Shown piece by piece: positions 23,690 to 37,256 of a stretch of DNA of 64,000 nt. Numbering within the stretch: the first letter of the stretch is position 1; each line of letters starts with the position of its first letter. The stretch spans positions 99,078,001 to 99,142,000 of the forward strand of contig NC_087437.1 of NCBI RefSeq assembly GCF_036321535.1, read 5' to 3'. The translations under genes were made by a program, and so were the position numbers. This DNA comes from Camelus dromedarius. Lineage: Eukaryota. The notes under the pieces are model-generated. The model was not told where the DNA came from. It saw only the letters and a list, made by a program, of their open reading frames with translations, and searched no databases.

Positions 23690-24163
23690 AGCCCACACAC
23701 GATACTTTGACAAAGACGTGATAGGAGCATAAAAGGGTAACCCAGAGTGCCTGCAGGATGCACCTACTATTGCTAGGGGTAGGGAAACAAAAAGGGAAAA
23801 ATTGGGGTTACCAGAAACTTGGAGCTTCAAACAAAGGGTCCTCACCTCTGAGGAGGGGCACCCCCAAGTGCTCTTGCTACGTCTGAGGGATGCAGTGAAG
23901 GTAGTTCTAGAAGTTCTAAAAGTAATGGAAGACTGGAATCAACTGAAATTATTAGGTCAACACTGGTAGGATTGGCAAGCAAGGACAAAGAAGTAAATCT
24001 TGTTTCCTCTTTCTACCTCCCAACCTCCCTATGGTACTTACTGGCAGAACCTAAATGGAACGCAGTAAAGAAGTCAGGAAAATGCAGTTTGCAGAGTCCC
24101 AGCCCCAGCATCACAGAGCAGAGGATAAAAGGGTGGAGCTGGAGCTGAGAGACAGTAGGTACA
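23690..24163 (-). mobile_element. Ancient LTR fragment (ERVL/Gypsy-class; subfamily uncertain)
   Basis: Ends in cccagccccagcatcacagagcag...gggtggagctggagctgagagacag, a motif shared with the LTR end at 39780-39858. Confidence 0.5.
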
Positions 24164-24489
24164 CCCTAGTTTCCTCTCAAATTTCCTTTTTATCCAAATG
24201 TGTTAATCTTTACAATGCTAAATATTCAGGAATGTGTTGGTAAACTATGAGACCTCAAGCATAAATGCACTAGTTCTGACTGAAATTGGTTTTTTTTCTT
24301 AATCAAATGAGACCTTTCAGTGATGCTATTTAATGCTTTATGTTTAAAATCAGCAGTGGAGGGATGTATATATAACATGAATTCGTGCCTGTTCATTCAT
24401 GCATTCATTACCTGTGCGTCATATGCCACACTCTCTGCCAAGTAGTTTGTTATAAAAAAAAAAAAAAAAAAATTCACATAATTAGACAA

Positions 24490-26015
24490 AAGTAATAATC
24501 CACCCAAATTCATCTGTCAACCCGGAGTTAGACATGACATTTTTGTGTTGATGCCTCTTGACATCTTCCTGTGCATGTGCACATATACATACACACACAC
24601 GTAACTATAGCTAAATGATTTTCATTTTAAAAAACTTAAAATGTAGTAAATGTAGACACAGTTTCAAGAAAGTATATAAATATCTCTCTTACTGCTCTAC
24701 ATTATTTGATTATAAGAAGATGTACAATATTCATGGACATACACCATAGGCTGCTATTTACATCGTTGTGTGTATTAACTTTTATCCCTTTTGTCTTTCT
24801 GCTAAATTTGAGGATGTATAGTTTCTGCCTTGAGTTACTGAGTTTACAGATTTAAACTTTTGAGCTAAATTGTCAAACTGTCCTTTGCAAGCTATTCCAG
24901 TTACACTGCCACCAATAGTTCATGAGTGTGTGTTTCTTCACAGGTTCAACAACATAGAATATTATCAGGGACTGCCAAGAATTTATTGTATATTTTTATT
25001 TTTAGTGAGAGTGAATGTAGTTCAATATGTTAATGGCTGTTTGTATTTATTGTTTAACTACTTGCTTATGTATGCTCTTTGCACTTTTTCGGTTGGGTGT
25101 TCGTGTCTATGAATTTACAGGAGCTCATATTAGGAATCACTAAATTCTTTATAAACACTGCAGATTTTTTCTTTCATTTATTTTAAGCTTCCTTATAATA
25201 TTTTTATAACTTTATTTTTATGTAATCAGATCTGTTGACTTGCTTTATATATTCTGCTTTGGTATCATGTTTAGAAAGAATTTTCCCTGTTCAAAATTAT
25301 AATACTCATCCATGTTTTCTTCTGATATTTTTATGAGTTTGTTTTTATGTCAGTCTTTAATGCAGTTGGAAATTATATTAAGGGGTGAGGTAAAGATTCA
25401 CAAATTTCTGCCAAGATTATCTAGTTGTCTATAAAATATTTCTTCTTTTCCCTTACTGATCTAAATGTAACCTTCACTAGATAATAAATTTTTGTTTGAT
25501 ATTCACAGACATTAAGTTCCATTTATGTTTTTGTCTATTCAACTTCCATTACTAATGCAATGACTCTTGTTTTAACATTGATTTAAAATATTTGTTTTAT
25601 AACTAGTATACATTTTCCTAGTATGTATAATGTCAAGTGTTACTCTCCAACACAGACACCCTTGATACTCATTTTTCCCAGAACTTCCTATACTCTTCTA
25701 CAAATAAATTTTAGAATTATTTACTCTTCCTTCAAATAAAAATCCTATTGGCATTTTTATTGTAATTATATTGACTTACATAGATTGGCATATAGAAAAA
25801 TCATGGCACCTTTACAATACTGAATTTTCTATCTGAAAAGAATGTTGTCTGTCCTTTTATCAGATTCATATGTCCTTCAGTAGAGTTGAAACATTATTTT
25901 ATTTGTCTTTAATTCTAGGTATCTTGATGTGCTTTAATGTTTTTCTGATGTTTATGAATGAGCTGCTTTTTCCACCTTAAAAAAATGCTTTCTAATTGAG
26001 TATTACTGGTACAGA
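24490..26015 (-). mobile_element. Old L1ME-type 3'/ORF2 fragment
   Basis: T-rich antisense L1 motifs: ttacactgccaccaatagttcatgagtgtg, aatcctattggcatttttattgtaattatattg, cctttacaatactgaattttctatc. Confidence 0.7.
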
Positions 26016-26019
26016 ACAA

Positions 26020-26235
26020 CAGCTCTCAAACTTTTTGGCCTCAGGACCTCTTCACACAAAAATTATTGAGGACCTAAAAGAGCTTTTGTTTGGGCAAGTT
26101 ATATCTATTGATATTTACTATTTTAGAAATTGAAACTGTAAAAAATATATAATATTAATTTTTAAATGATAAAAATATCAAAATAACATGTTAACAAAAA
26201 TAATACATTTTAAGTGAAAAATAGCTAAATTTTCT
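26020..26235 (+). mobile_element. Charlie1-family (hAT) terminal fragment; strand nominal
   Basis: cagctctcaaactttttggcctcaggacc...aaaaattattgaggacctaaaagagcttttgttt...tatatctattgatatttactattttagaaatt. Confidence 0.75.
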
Positions 26236-26664
26236 GCCTGGTTCTTTTGGAGACCAGTGTGCTTATAACACAAGCCTGAGGCTTGAAATGAAGTACTAAT
26301 TATAACTATCCCACCCCTTACAATAATTATGAAAATTATCCTGTGTTCACACTTAATTTCTTTGAAAAATAAAAATCATCAAATTATAAGAGTTTGGAAC
26401 TTCAATATGCCTTCCATAGTCTTGGAAATTTCACCTAATAAGACAACTGTTCTTTGCTTGGTTGCACTTCCTTTAACCCATATTTTGAAAATGTCTCCAG
26501 GAAGAACGCATACCCAGTGTTTTACAGTGCCCTCCAGTATTGCAGCCTTGTATGTCCATGGTCCAAACACTGAAAAAAGTTGCTTTATTTTTCTTAATCC
26601 ATTTTTATGGTTATTGATTGCAGGAAACTTATTCTGATACCAGTTGTTCCATGATGGCTAAATC

Positions 26665-26915
26665 AAAGAAGTCTATAAATCTTCTAGAAGACAGCATATG
26701 CAGACTATCTTTAAGATCTTGGAATAGCAATGGATATCTTAACACAGAAAAAGAAAGAAACTTGAAGCAAATTTTTGATAAATTTAACCACATGAAATTA
26801 AGAATTCTGTCTATCAAAAGATTTCCTAAAGAGAGTGAAAAGACAAGACAGTGTAGTGAGAGAAGATATTTGCAGTGTGCAAGATGCTGGTGCAGAAATA
26901 AAATTATATAAAGAA
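26665..26915 (+). mobile_element. L1ME ORF2 3' fragment (continues at ~29870)
   Basis: cttctagaagacagcata...ttgataaatttaaccacatgaaattaagaa...gagagtgaaaagacaag...gagaagatatttgca. Confidence 0.7.
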
Positions 26916-27479
26916 TGGACTATGGCTTAGGTGAGATAATTATGATGACATGCTTCCTAAAATGTTCCCAGATCCTTTTTTCATTAAAAGAATATATATA
27001 TAAACTCAAAGACAGCATTTTCCTATGAAGTGAAGTGACAAGCATTCTCATAAGCTACGAAATGCAAGTGGATGTAGCCAAACTACAGGCAACTACATTA
27101 TTTTGGCAAAACTTGGCAAATTTAGCAGACTTGAGGAAGTAGGAGAGCAAAAAGAAATAAGAAAGAAATTCTGACTGTCCTAAGACACCCAGAAAACAGA
27201 AATTGCCTGTAAGTATCCATAAAGTGGAGAAGACCCCAATCTGATAGGGATCTTCTGCATAGGCCTAAGACAACTGGCAAAATAAGGAGAAGCCTCTATT
27301 GGCTTCAATTTGTGGATGAGCACAAAAGGACGGGCAAAAAAAATTGGAGGGTGCTGAGGTGGTCTAACCCTCAAGGAAATAAAAAATGTTCAAAAACAAG
27401 ACTATTTCGTAAGGACAGAGATCATCCTGGGGGAAAAAAATCTATTGGGAATAGAATCCAGTTGAGACAGACCTAACCT

Positions 27480-29278
27480 AAAACTCTACTAATCATCTGA
27501 CCTGCATAAATTCCACTCTTACTGGTATACCATGATGGCATTCCTGCATCCCCAGGAATTAGTATCAGTTCAGGTATGGTGTCCATACCTGAAATGCCTG
27601 ATTATATCCTTTTCCCCAGTGCACATTCATCTTAATAAATGGACACAGGTCCCTTTAGGCAAAGGTTATGATGGAGTATGGATACATCTGCCGCACAACT
27701 GGGGACTTTCACAAGGAGACTGAGTTTCTTCTTCTTTCAAGTGGCTCTGGGGCTGCAAACTGGCTCATGTTAGAATTGGTTGAAAGACCATGATTCTTCA
27801 TTTAATGATTCACATCAAACTTCTATTCAACAAATTTACAAACTTTTCTCCTTTAATAGTCTACCCAGCTATGCCAGTCCTAGGACACCATGACGATTAG
27901 ACATTGTCATAAATCAAGCCTTCCAGTTACTTTGGCTGTGCTGCCATTAAAGTAACGTTGCCTACCTTGTCTGCTAGTTCAGTGATGCTGCATGACCCCT
28001 ACCTCCCTGGGAGCCTATCATCCCTGTTGAACACTGGGAACTGATTTTGAGGGCAGCACTTCCCACTATCATTTCTGGTGCACAGAGAATAGCTGCAAGA
28101 GCTCTCAAAAGATGCTGATTATCAACATATTTCCCGAGGATTTGGTGAAGAGAATGTCTTCTGAACTCTCCATTGGACATAGGAGGGGTACATAATAAAT
28201 CTACTCTCGCATTGCTGTCTCCCTAAATGTTTGGGCAACTCCATGTCCATGTACAAGCAAGTTCTAGCATCTCAATTTTGTTCAGTTTCGGCCACAGTTG
28301 AGTTCAAGTTCCAGTCAACCAACAAAGAAAACAGTTAGCGCTGCTACTAGCCATTGAAGCCAACAATTGAAGCCAAGTTCTCTGCTTAGTGCTTTAATAT
28401 CAGTACATTTAGCAAAATACAACATATTCCCTCACACTTATCAAATATCCATTCTTACACGTTGTCCTCAAGTTTCTTTCAGTATAAATTTGCATAGTTT
28501 TTAATGCATTACTTTTAGTGTGCATAGTGTCTCCTCTTGGGTCACACCTGCTAGAACTTGAGTCTGAATAGAGGCCCGTGAACAATGAGAGGTGGTATGA
28601 ATATTGAAGATCAATTTCCTGTAAGACAGCTACCTCAGGTGAGGCCATTACAAGCTCCTCAAGCAAGGGAAGTCCCAACACAGGGGAAGAAGGCTGCTCT
28701 TTTGACAAGGTTCAGCAGAACTTTGGGGTTTAAGGTCCTCGGCTTCATTGGAAACTTCCCATGTGTCCCTATTCCAGTTTTCATGGTCCCACTCTCCCAG
28801 TCAATGGCTTGATTTTAACACAAGAGACACTAATGCTGTGAGTCCAATTTGCTTTTTTATTCAGCCATTGCATAGAATTAAACTTTGGTATGGTTTTAGA
28901 AAAGAATTTGTGGCTATATGAGACAAGGGTTTCATTAGGTTGCAGTTTTCTTGTCCTTTACCCAAACGTTGAGACCAGAATTTAAGGCCTTGAACTCATC
29001 ATTTTCTTTTATTCTTCAAAGAACTTTGATGCAACCAATCAATCCCTTTATAAAATGAATTTTTACTAAAATACGGCAGCAACTACTTAGTCACTCAAAG
29101 TCTTTCCTTCTATAGGTAATTTCCTGTGACAATTCAAGTCAGTTTCGCCACTGCAATCCATATGTCCCCTTTATGATCAGCAACATTAAGTCGTTTTAAT
29201 CCAATTAGATTGGAGATAAAGATGATAGACTACCGTCCTCAAGATTCTGTCACCCTAGAATCACTTCTGATACCAACA
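27480..29278 (-). mobile_element. Degraded ERVL-class provirus internal region (leader/gag-pro side) with primer-binding site
   Basis: Minus-strand TGGTATCAGAAGTG at 29262-29275 lies next to an LTR. Internal sequence resembles ERVL/ERV3-int. No long ORF. Confidence 0.65.
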
Positions 29279-29280
29279 AC

Positions 29281-29819
29281 TACATTTATGGGGTTAAATG
29301 AGGGAAGCAGATCGACTATGAGTTGTGAGATAAGATATTTTTAAATAATTAAAACTTAAACAATTGTGGGGGGACCTGGGAGGTGACATTTTAGAAGAGA
29401 AGTTGGTGAATCAGAGGATGTGTCACTGATCAGTCAACCTGGAAGCCAAGCATGCCCAGCTGCTGAAGTGGGACTCTGAAGAGAAGGTTCAAGGAGAGAT
29501 CTATGAAAAGGTATGCCCTGTAGAGCTACCACCTCTGCCACGATGATGGGCCTGGGGCAACTGATGGTCAACGGAGTTAGCAGCCAAAGAAAGCTGGGTA
29601 CAGAGTGGAGAGCAGGTACAAGCAGAACCTATTGGCATCTCTGCATGTGTCAATCACCACATCTAACTAATGGCCTTCAGAAAACAAAGGCTAATTCTTC
29701 ACTTCTCCTTTCCCAGTCTTGCGGTTCTTTTGGCCAGTGCTAACTAGCAACCTTATAGGGAGGAGATTCTAGGAAATGGACTTACAACCTTAACAGTGAA
29801 CACAGTTCAGGCTACCACC
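29281..29819 (-). mobile_element. ERVL 5' LTR (LTR52-like, tentative)
   Basis: The minus-strand start ggtggtagcctgaactgtgttcact...catttcctagaatctcctccctata resembles the ERVL LTR 5' motif, and it is adjacent to the PBS. Confidence 0.6.
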
Positions 29820-29869
29820 TTTCAGTCTATGATGAAGGCATAGAAGAGAAATACAGCCACAAAGAAAAA

Positions 29870-30720
29870 AAGCATATGTATAAAATACAAACATGCCAGA
29901 AAATCCAATAAAAAAGTAGACTTGAACAAGGGCTTTACAAAAAAAAAAAAATCCAAATGACTGATAAATGGAAAAATGCTCAACCTCATGAGTAATGAGG
30001 AAAATGCAAATTAAAACACAATTAAATATCACCAAACACCCACAAGATTGGCAAAAACCAAAAAAACAAAAACAAAAAAACACAAACTACCAAATATTGG
30101 TGAGAATGGTGGGGATGTTTATGTAGCAATAGGAACATTCAAATGATACTGGTGGATTTGTAAATTAGTGAAACCTCTTTGGACAAGTATTTAGCATTTT
30201 TTTAAACATTGGAAGTTATGAATACATTATTCAGTAAATCCTAAGTATATTTCCTGAGGATATTTAGGTACACGTGCATCAGTTTACACATACAAAATGT
30301 TCTTGGAAGCATTGTTCATACTATCAAAAACTAGAAAGAACTCGAATATCCATCAACAGTAAACTGATAAACTGTAGTAGATTCATATAATGGAATACCA
30401 TACAGCCATAAAAAGGAGACGACAGCTGCAAATATGAATATGGGTGAATCTTATAAAGATATTACTAAATTAAAGAAGGAAGACAAAAGTATATACAGTA
30501 TAATACAATTTAACATTAAAAATAGGTAAAATCAAAATATATAGGAATGCATTCATGAATGGCAAAACTGAAAAAAGTTAAAATACAAGAAAGTATTACC
30601 ATATAAGTCAAGATAGTGGCTGCTTATAGGAGGAAGGAAAAATGTGTGATTGGAAAAGGACATCTGGGAGGTCTCTGGACTTGCTTCCAATTTCATATGA
30701 TTTAATACATTTTACTTTTC
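29870..30720 (+). mobile_element. L1ME ORF2 end and 3'UTR
   Basis: agacttgaacaagg...aatgctcaacctcatgagtaatgaggaaaatgcaaattaaaaca...tccatcaacagtaaactgataaactgtag...aatggaataccatacagcc. Confidence 0.85.
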
Positions 30721-30729
30721 TGTACATAG

Positions 30730-31130
30730 GAAAGTTTGCTGTTGGAGTTTTCAGTCTGGAGTTTGGAGCAGAATTGTCCCCTACAGATATAAATTTGAGA
30801 ATCATCACGTCTGAGGTACAGATACTTAAGGGAATTCATGTTATACAAAAAGATGATGTAGAGAGAAGAGCCCAGGACTGAGTTCTGAGTATTAAAAGGT
30901 GCTGTGTTGGAGGGAAAACCAGCAAAGGAAATAAAGAAGCCTATCCAATGAATTTAAGAAGTCTGGTGTCTCTTACTCCAAGATAGAAGAATTTTTCTAA
31001 AAGTAGGAAGTAGTCACCTATGATAAGTGTTTCTGAGTAACATGAGGACAGAAGAGTGGGTTTTCTTGACAAGGATCATTTCAGTGGAGTGGTGGAGACA
31101 GAAAGCGTGTTGGAACAGCTTCAAGAATTC
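30730..31130 (-). mobile_element. L2 fragment
   Basis: cagtctggagtttggag...agatataaatttgagaatcatca...gagagaagagcccaggactgag...atttcagtggagtggtggagacagaaagc. Confidence 0.75.
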
Positions 31131-32624
31131 AGCAACACAGCTGAATTAATAATTTTTTTAAAATGCTTATATTTGAAGCAAGGATAGTTACACTGAAGTA
31201 ACTTGATTGTTGTCTTCTAAATTCCCAGTAGGTGGTGTTATAATACTGTATTTAGGGAATAGTTTATTTTTTCCTTTTTAATAAAGTGGAAAAAGAAGAA
31301 AATGCTAATACACTTGCTCAAATCTATGTACTTTCACTTTAAAAGCTTCTTTACTTTTTTTCCTGTAAGACAACACTATTATAAATACTTTAAGTCTTTA
31401 TGATGACTCTTTAATTCACATTTTTACAAGAAAGTAGGTACTAAGTGATCGTTTTTTATTCTTTTATTCTCTATAGTTATACAATATTACATAATCAGTG
31501 AAAAGAATGAGATAGTCAAAATGTTTCCCCCCCAAATTTCCCAGGATCTTTTTTTACTCTCATATGTTAGACATATGAAAAAAGAAACTGTTTTTGTCCT
31601 GGAAGTCAAACAGGAATGCAAGGCCTATCATTATAACCATAATAACCTTTATTTTGCACTCAAAATGTTTTCTACTTTTAGCCACTCTTTAGAACTATCT
31701 ATATCATAAATGATTGACTTTGCTGGAAATTCAGCTATTTCTAGTTGAATTCAATGTACTCTTAATTTTCCTACCTTACATGTCAGTAATCCTTATGTTT
31801 GCTTTGGCAACACAATACGTGCACTAAGATAACTGTCTCGTAACTCAGGGGATAGTGTGGTCTCCGTGTAAAGCTGACTCTCAAAGTTCCATGTAATAGT
31901 CCGTGTTTTCAATGTCTCCTCAGCTGGATTATATATCCTTTGGGGATCGGGGCAATGGATTAGTGGGTGGTTTCGTTTTTGTAAGCGCCACAATCCCGTT
32001 TTAAACTATGTAAAACTACACAGTCCATATTTGGTAAATATTAAATACATGTGCTACTATCTAAGCTTAAAGAATTAACTGCTTGAAATTTTCCTATATC
32101 CCAGAGATTTGGTGTCTACATTAGGAGATCTGTTACTTTGGTAATTTCATACTTGTGATAGTTCAGCTATTCAGGAATCTGAAGATGTATGCTCTCCATG
32201 GGGTTAGTCTTTGATGGAATAATGTAAATTATTTTGAAAAAGAATTTCACTTATTTTTAAAAGTCTGCTGAAGAAGTTAAAGCATTTTTAATTCTCTATT
32301 GTTGTCTAAAAATTAAGATATTGAAATGAGATAATTTTAAGTAAAATAAAGACAGTCTTTGAAAAATACTGAGACATCTCGTTATATTCAAAGAAATGTT
32401 GAACACCCAGGCCTTGGAAAGAGCAGAAGGTACAGTGGTCTTGAGGACTTAGCAGTAAGAATCATTGACATTCTCTGGGCAAGTTTTCCCAGGGCAAGTG
32501 GTTTGAAGAGCCATTTCCCAAAGGCTCTGTAGGAGGTCTCTGAATTTGACCCTAAATTGTAATGGCTTCTAAAATATAGAAATAATAATATTTCTCCCTG
32601 AGAGCCAAGATTCACTATCCCAGG

Positions 32625-32935
32625 TGTTATGGGCAGAATTATTTCTCCTTAAAACTCTTATATTGAAATCCCAACCCTTTTACCTTAAAATGTTACTGTA
32701 TTTGTATATAGGGTCATTGGAGAAATAATCATGAGGTAATCAAGGAGGGCAATTGTGAAGACACAAGGAGAAGATAGCCATGTTCTACAAGCCAAGGAGC
32801 AGGGCCTCAGAAGAAAGCAATCCTGTCAGCACCTTGATCTTGGACTTACAGACTCCAGAATTGTGAGGAATGCATTTCTATTTTTTTAAGCCAATCTGTG
32901 GTACTTTGTTAAGAAAGCCCTAGCAAAGTAATACA
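32625..32935 (+). mobile_element. MaLR solo LTR (MLT1A/B-like, internally deleted)
   Basis: TG...CA ends (tgttatgggcagaatt ... ctagcaaagtaataca) and a 5-bp TSD ccagg/ccagc. Confidence 0.9.
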
Positions 32936-33244
32936 CCAGCCAAAGTTGGGATGATCCCTTTGGTTTCTTCCTTTGATGCAAATCCTCTCAGATCTTCCCT
33001 TTGCTTAAAAATAAGAGAAACTTTGTAGAATGCAAATCCAGGCGTTACACATAGAGGTTGGGTCAGCAGGTCTGATTCTAACCCAGGTGGTTGCCAGCAG
33101 CATGAGGAGGCCAACATTCTCTTTCTTGAATTCCATTCATCCTGATGGGAAGTAACTCTTTCTTGGGTTAAAAAACAAAAACAAAACAAAACCTGCCTCA
33201 AGTAGGTTCAGAAACCCAAGGTCAACAAATAAAATTTTCAGTGG

Positions 33245-34070
33245 AGTTTTTATTTCTGGGAATGGTACAGTCAATTAATTCAGAGCAATCTTTCCTTTAA
33301 AAAAAAGAAAGAAAGAAGTCTCCTGCACAAAATAAAGTATATATATCTATGTGAAGGCATTGGAGAACCACTGAAGTCATGAGGATTGAGGATTCGTACA
33401 GGCTTGAATCTAGGGAAGAATGGAAACCAAGGCAGATGCTGCTTTTCTCTTCAGTGTGCTCACCAATTCCCAAAGAGGCAGCTCAGAGGGACAGAAGCTG
33501 AGCAGCACTTTAGACAGACTCATGAGGTTGAGGGTCCAGGGTCCAGGGGACTGGAGTTCAAAACCCATATATGAGGAGACACCTTGGGAAAAAACTTTGT
33601 GCTGGCACCGTGAATGGTTACACTCTAAAGAACAAGAGCAAACAGAAATAGGCCCCTAAAGGGACTAAAGCCCAGGTTTGAGTCATTTCAATGACTGATA
33701 AAATTAATGTGAATTGGAGTTGCCTGCACCCTTAGCTAAGCTGCCTGCCAGAAATCCAGGTAAATCCTCTGTAGGTAAAGCTATGTCATCCAGAGCCTGA
33801 TATTGTCACTTTAAACTTTACGTATCCTCTCCTGCACTCAAGCAGACCAAATCAGACAAAGCAAACAAGTACAACAAAAACTAGAGGAGACTCGACTTTG
33901 AATTTACATGACAAGGAAAAAGTCATCAGAAAAAGATATGTGGGAGATTCAGATTATGGAATAATCTTACAAAGCCTTTAAAATAAATGTGATAAATGGG
34001 TTCAAGGAATTAAATGGCAAAATAGAACACTTCAAATGGCAGTTAGAGATATAAGAAAGAATGAAGAGCA
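33245..34070 (+). mobile_element. Old L1/HAL1 5'UTR-ORF1 start fragment
   Basis: A-rich end tcagattatggatataatcttacaaagcctttaaaataaatgtgataaatgggttcaaggaattaaa resembles the start of L1M ORF1. Confidence 0.5.
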
Positions 34071-34094
34071 AAAGAAAAATTATATACATGGGAG

Positions 34095-34760
34095 AAGAAA
34101 AAGTAGTAAGTGCTGGAGTAAGGACCTCTGAAAATACATTCCTCCATAAAAACTATGAGAAAATAAAAATGATCAAAACCAGTTTATTTCAGAACTCTAG
34201 AAATTTATTAAAGGATTGTGACAATCTGAGAAGTAATACTCATGAAAAATGGCAACCTTAGTATGAAAAATGAGCCCTGTGGCATTTTAATATTTCCTAT
34301 TCTCATCTCCTCCCCCAGCTCCATGGTAGTCTTGAAAACCAGCAACTTAATAACCACTGAAGGGGAAAGGATGGTTTGGTACTCTCCAAAAACACCTCAT
34401 CCCCAGATAACTATTACTACTTTACTTCTCTGGCAGCATCCTGGAAAAGTCCACTTGAAAGAGTTTGCTTTATTTGAACCAACTCAGAACTTGCTCAGTG
34501 GGAAAAGTACTACACCCAGAGCATTTGTGGAAAACAATCAGCAGCAATTACTTAACATACAGGTAGCTGAGGTAGCAATACCAGTTAGGGCAAACAAAAC
34601 GCTGGCCCCAAAACATGAAAGAATAATTTGGAAAATAAAATATCCACATGGATTTTTTTTAAAGCCCTGGTACATTCCTGGGATCTAGAAGTTTACACAT
34701 GGGCAGAGCTGTAGTGTGCCCAGGCTGGGAAAAAAAACCTAAGAAGTCCTTCATTTCTTA
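34095..34760 (+). mobile_element. L1MB/L1M4-type 5'UTR fragment
   Basis: gtaaggacctctgaaaatacattcctccataaaaactatgagaaaa...tttcagaactctagaaatt...ccagagcatttgtggaaaacaatcagcagcaatt. Confidence 0.65.
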
Positions 34761-35899
34761 CAAGAAAGAGACCAAGAAGAGCATGGTGATCTTGCTAAGT
34801 TGAGAAGACAGAAATTAGAGTACACAGAGGCTGAGATATCTGGAGTTTGTGCAGCAGAATTCTTGAAAGAAGGTCGTTTTGAGTCTGTTGTTTGGTTAAA
34901 GATGTAGATTTTCTGCTTTTTCTCTGGCTCTTCCCCTTCCAGGGTCTTTCCTCACTACAGTAGTATTTTTCTAGCATCAATTTTTCAGCTCCCTGGCCCA
35001 GAAACACAGTGTGATTTTTCATAAGTGCCCCCCACTACAACTGGGTGACCTCAAAGACTGCAATTAACTTTAGGCTAAAAGTCATACATGTAGGTACACT
35101 TGCTTCATTCTGCTCCACCACCTTCCCTTGAGGGTATACTCCACATCTAAGTCTGTCTGACTCAATTTCCTCTTCAGTGCCTTAGTCCAAGTTTTACAAT
35201 TGCTTCCTAGGAGATGAGTCCTCTGGTAGGACAGTACTCCACCATTAATGAAAGTTTTCTGATTGGTTAATCTCCATAATTCTGAAAAAGTTGATACTGA
35301 CAAATACCTAATAAACACTTACTTTGTAAACAAATAACATCTGTTGTATACACCCTATTTACTTTGAGTCTAAAGGCACAGATAATGTTGATGTCAATTT
35401 GAACCAACAGAACGTAAGACATATCAAACATGCCCAGGTCCCTGTTGGCATAAAGTAACTAGCCTGACTCTCAACAGATAAGAACAGCGCTCTACTCCCT
35501 GCCTCTCTGTGGAGTACTTTGATCTTGCTGCAATTACATGAGGTTACTACCACCACCTAGTGCTGCTTGGGTAGAGAATATTTATGAGCAAAGGATCATC
35601 TGGGTATAAACAGCAACTAAAGGAAATAGAATGGCCAAATTTGGCCAAAGGGTAGTACATCCCTTCCTGGTGTATCAGCTGCCGTGGCTTGTTTGCTCAA
35701 TTGGTTGATCGCTTAGTTAGCTTGTTGAAGAAAAATACATGTATTTTGCAAAAATAAATAGTTGCCTTGGTTATTTCTTTTAATCGGCATCCTCAGCCAG
35801 GTCTTTGCTTTAACCTGAGGTAGAATCAAAATTCATGTATACACTCAAATTTAATAATTGGCGTTTAGCTCAAATACAGCAGCCTTGCAACTCACATGC

Positions 35900-36480
35900 T
35901 CTAGCTACCCACCTGTTTAGTTCTATTCTCTTTTTTTAGCTTTCAAAATTGGATAGAATCATTAATAACTTATACTGACAAATTGCTTTATATCTATAGA
36001 CCTATTAATCATCTATTTGTTCAATATTTCTTATATTCTGCCATCCTGTAATCAATTTTCTTCTTACTGAAGTACATCTGAAGTTCCTTTAGTTATAGTG
36101 ATAAACATGCAAAGGTTTTGATTTCTAAAATGCCTTAATTTCATTCTTATTCTAGTAATAAAGTTTGGCTGGATACACAATTCTTAGTTGATATGTATTT
36201 TATTTCAACCCTTTAAGGTCTTTCCATTTTCTTCTGGCCTCCCTTGTTACTGCTGAAAATTCTGTCATCAATCTATCATGACTTTGTAGGTGGTTTTTTC
36301 TTTCTTACGGTTTTTAGATCTTTATTTGTTGGATGCTGGTATTTTCACTACAAAGTTTCTATGTGGATGTTTCTTTGTACTTATTCTGTTTCAACTATAT
36401 TGCAGATACCTTTCTTCCACACAACTGATGGACTTGGATTTTTCCTTTTTTTGTGTGTCTCAATAATCTACTTTTCATAG
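35900..36480 (-). mobile_element. L1/HAL1 ORF1 fragment, antisense
   Basis: tttggctggatacacaattcttagttga...ttccattttcttctggcctcccttgttactgctgaaaattctgtcatcaatct. Confidence 0.65.
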
Positions 36481-36777
36481 ACTTATCCAGCTGAAAGAAG
36501 AGAAAAGAAACTGTTGTGGAATGCCATTCGCCTCTTAATATCTTTGTCCCAGAATGACAAACATCAGTTACTTCTATTCCCTTTTCACTGGACAACCCCT
36601 GGCCACATGGCTGCATCTAGACCTGACCAGTCACATGGCTAGTGGGGCAGCTGCTTCATACCTCACCTTTTTCTTTCCAAATATAGAACACATTTACCCT
36701 CTCTCCAAGGAAAATAGCCCAAAGTTATTCAGCTGTTACATCCAGACAAAAGTCAAAGCACTTTGAGTGGTACTCAA

Positions 36778-37256
36778 CATGGTAGGCTGAATAATGGCTA
36801 CCCACTGATAACAGGTCCTAATTCCTGGAACCTACAAATGTTACCTTATGAAGAAAAAGGGCCTTGCATATGGAATTAAATAAAGGATCTTGATATTGGA
36901 GATTATCCTGGATTATCTGAATGACCTTTAGATGCAGTCACAAGTGTCCTTGTAAGAGAGAAGCAGAAGGAAATTTGAGACAGAAGAGAACATAAAAGGA
37001 GAAGGCCACATAAAGACGGATGCAGACATTGGAGTGATGTGGTCACATTAAAGGAATTCCAGCAACCACCAACAGATGGAAGAGGCAAGGAATAAATTCT
37101 CCTCTAGAGACTCCACTGGGAACACACCTTTGCTGACACCTTGACTTCAGTCCAGGGAGACTAATGTGCTGGCCTCCAGAACTGTGAGAGAATCTTGGTT
37201 GTTTGAAGCTGCCAAGTTTGTGGTAATTTTTACAGTAGCCACAGGAGGCTAATATA
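36778..37256 (+). mobile_element. MaLR solo LTR (MLT1C/D-like), full length
   Basis: tggtaggctgaataatggc...gagattatcctggattatc...ggcctccagaactgtgagagaat...gtttgtggtaattt...ctaatata, with 5-bp TSD ctcaa/ctcag. Confidence 0.92.

Noticed and set aside
34242..34688. 148-aa plus-strand ORF
   Set aside because: Lies inside an old L1 5'UTR fragment and has no protein-family resemblance.
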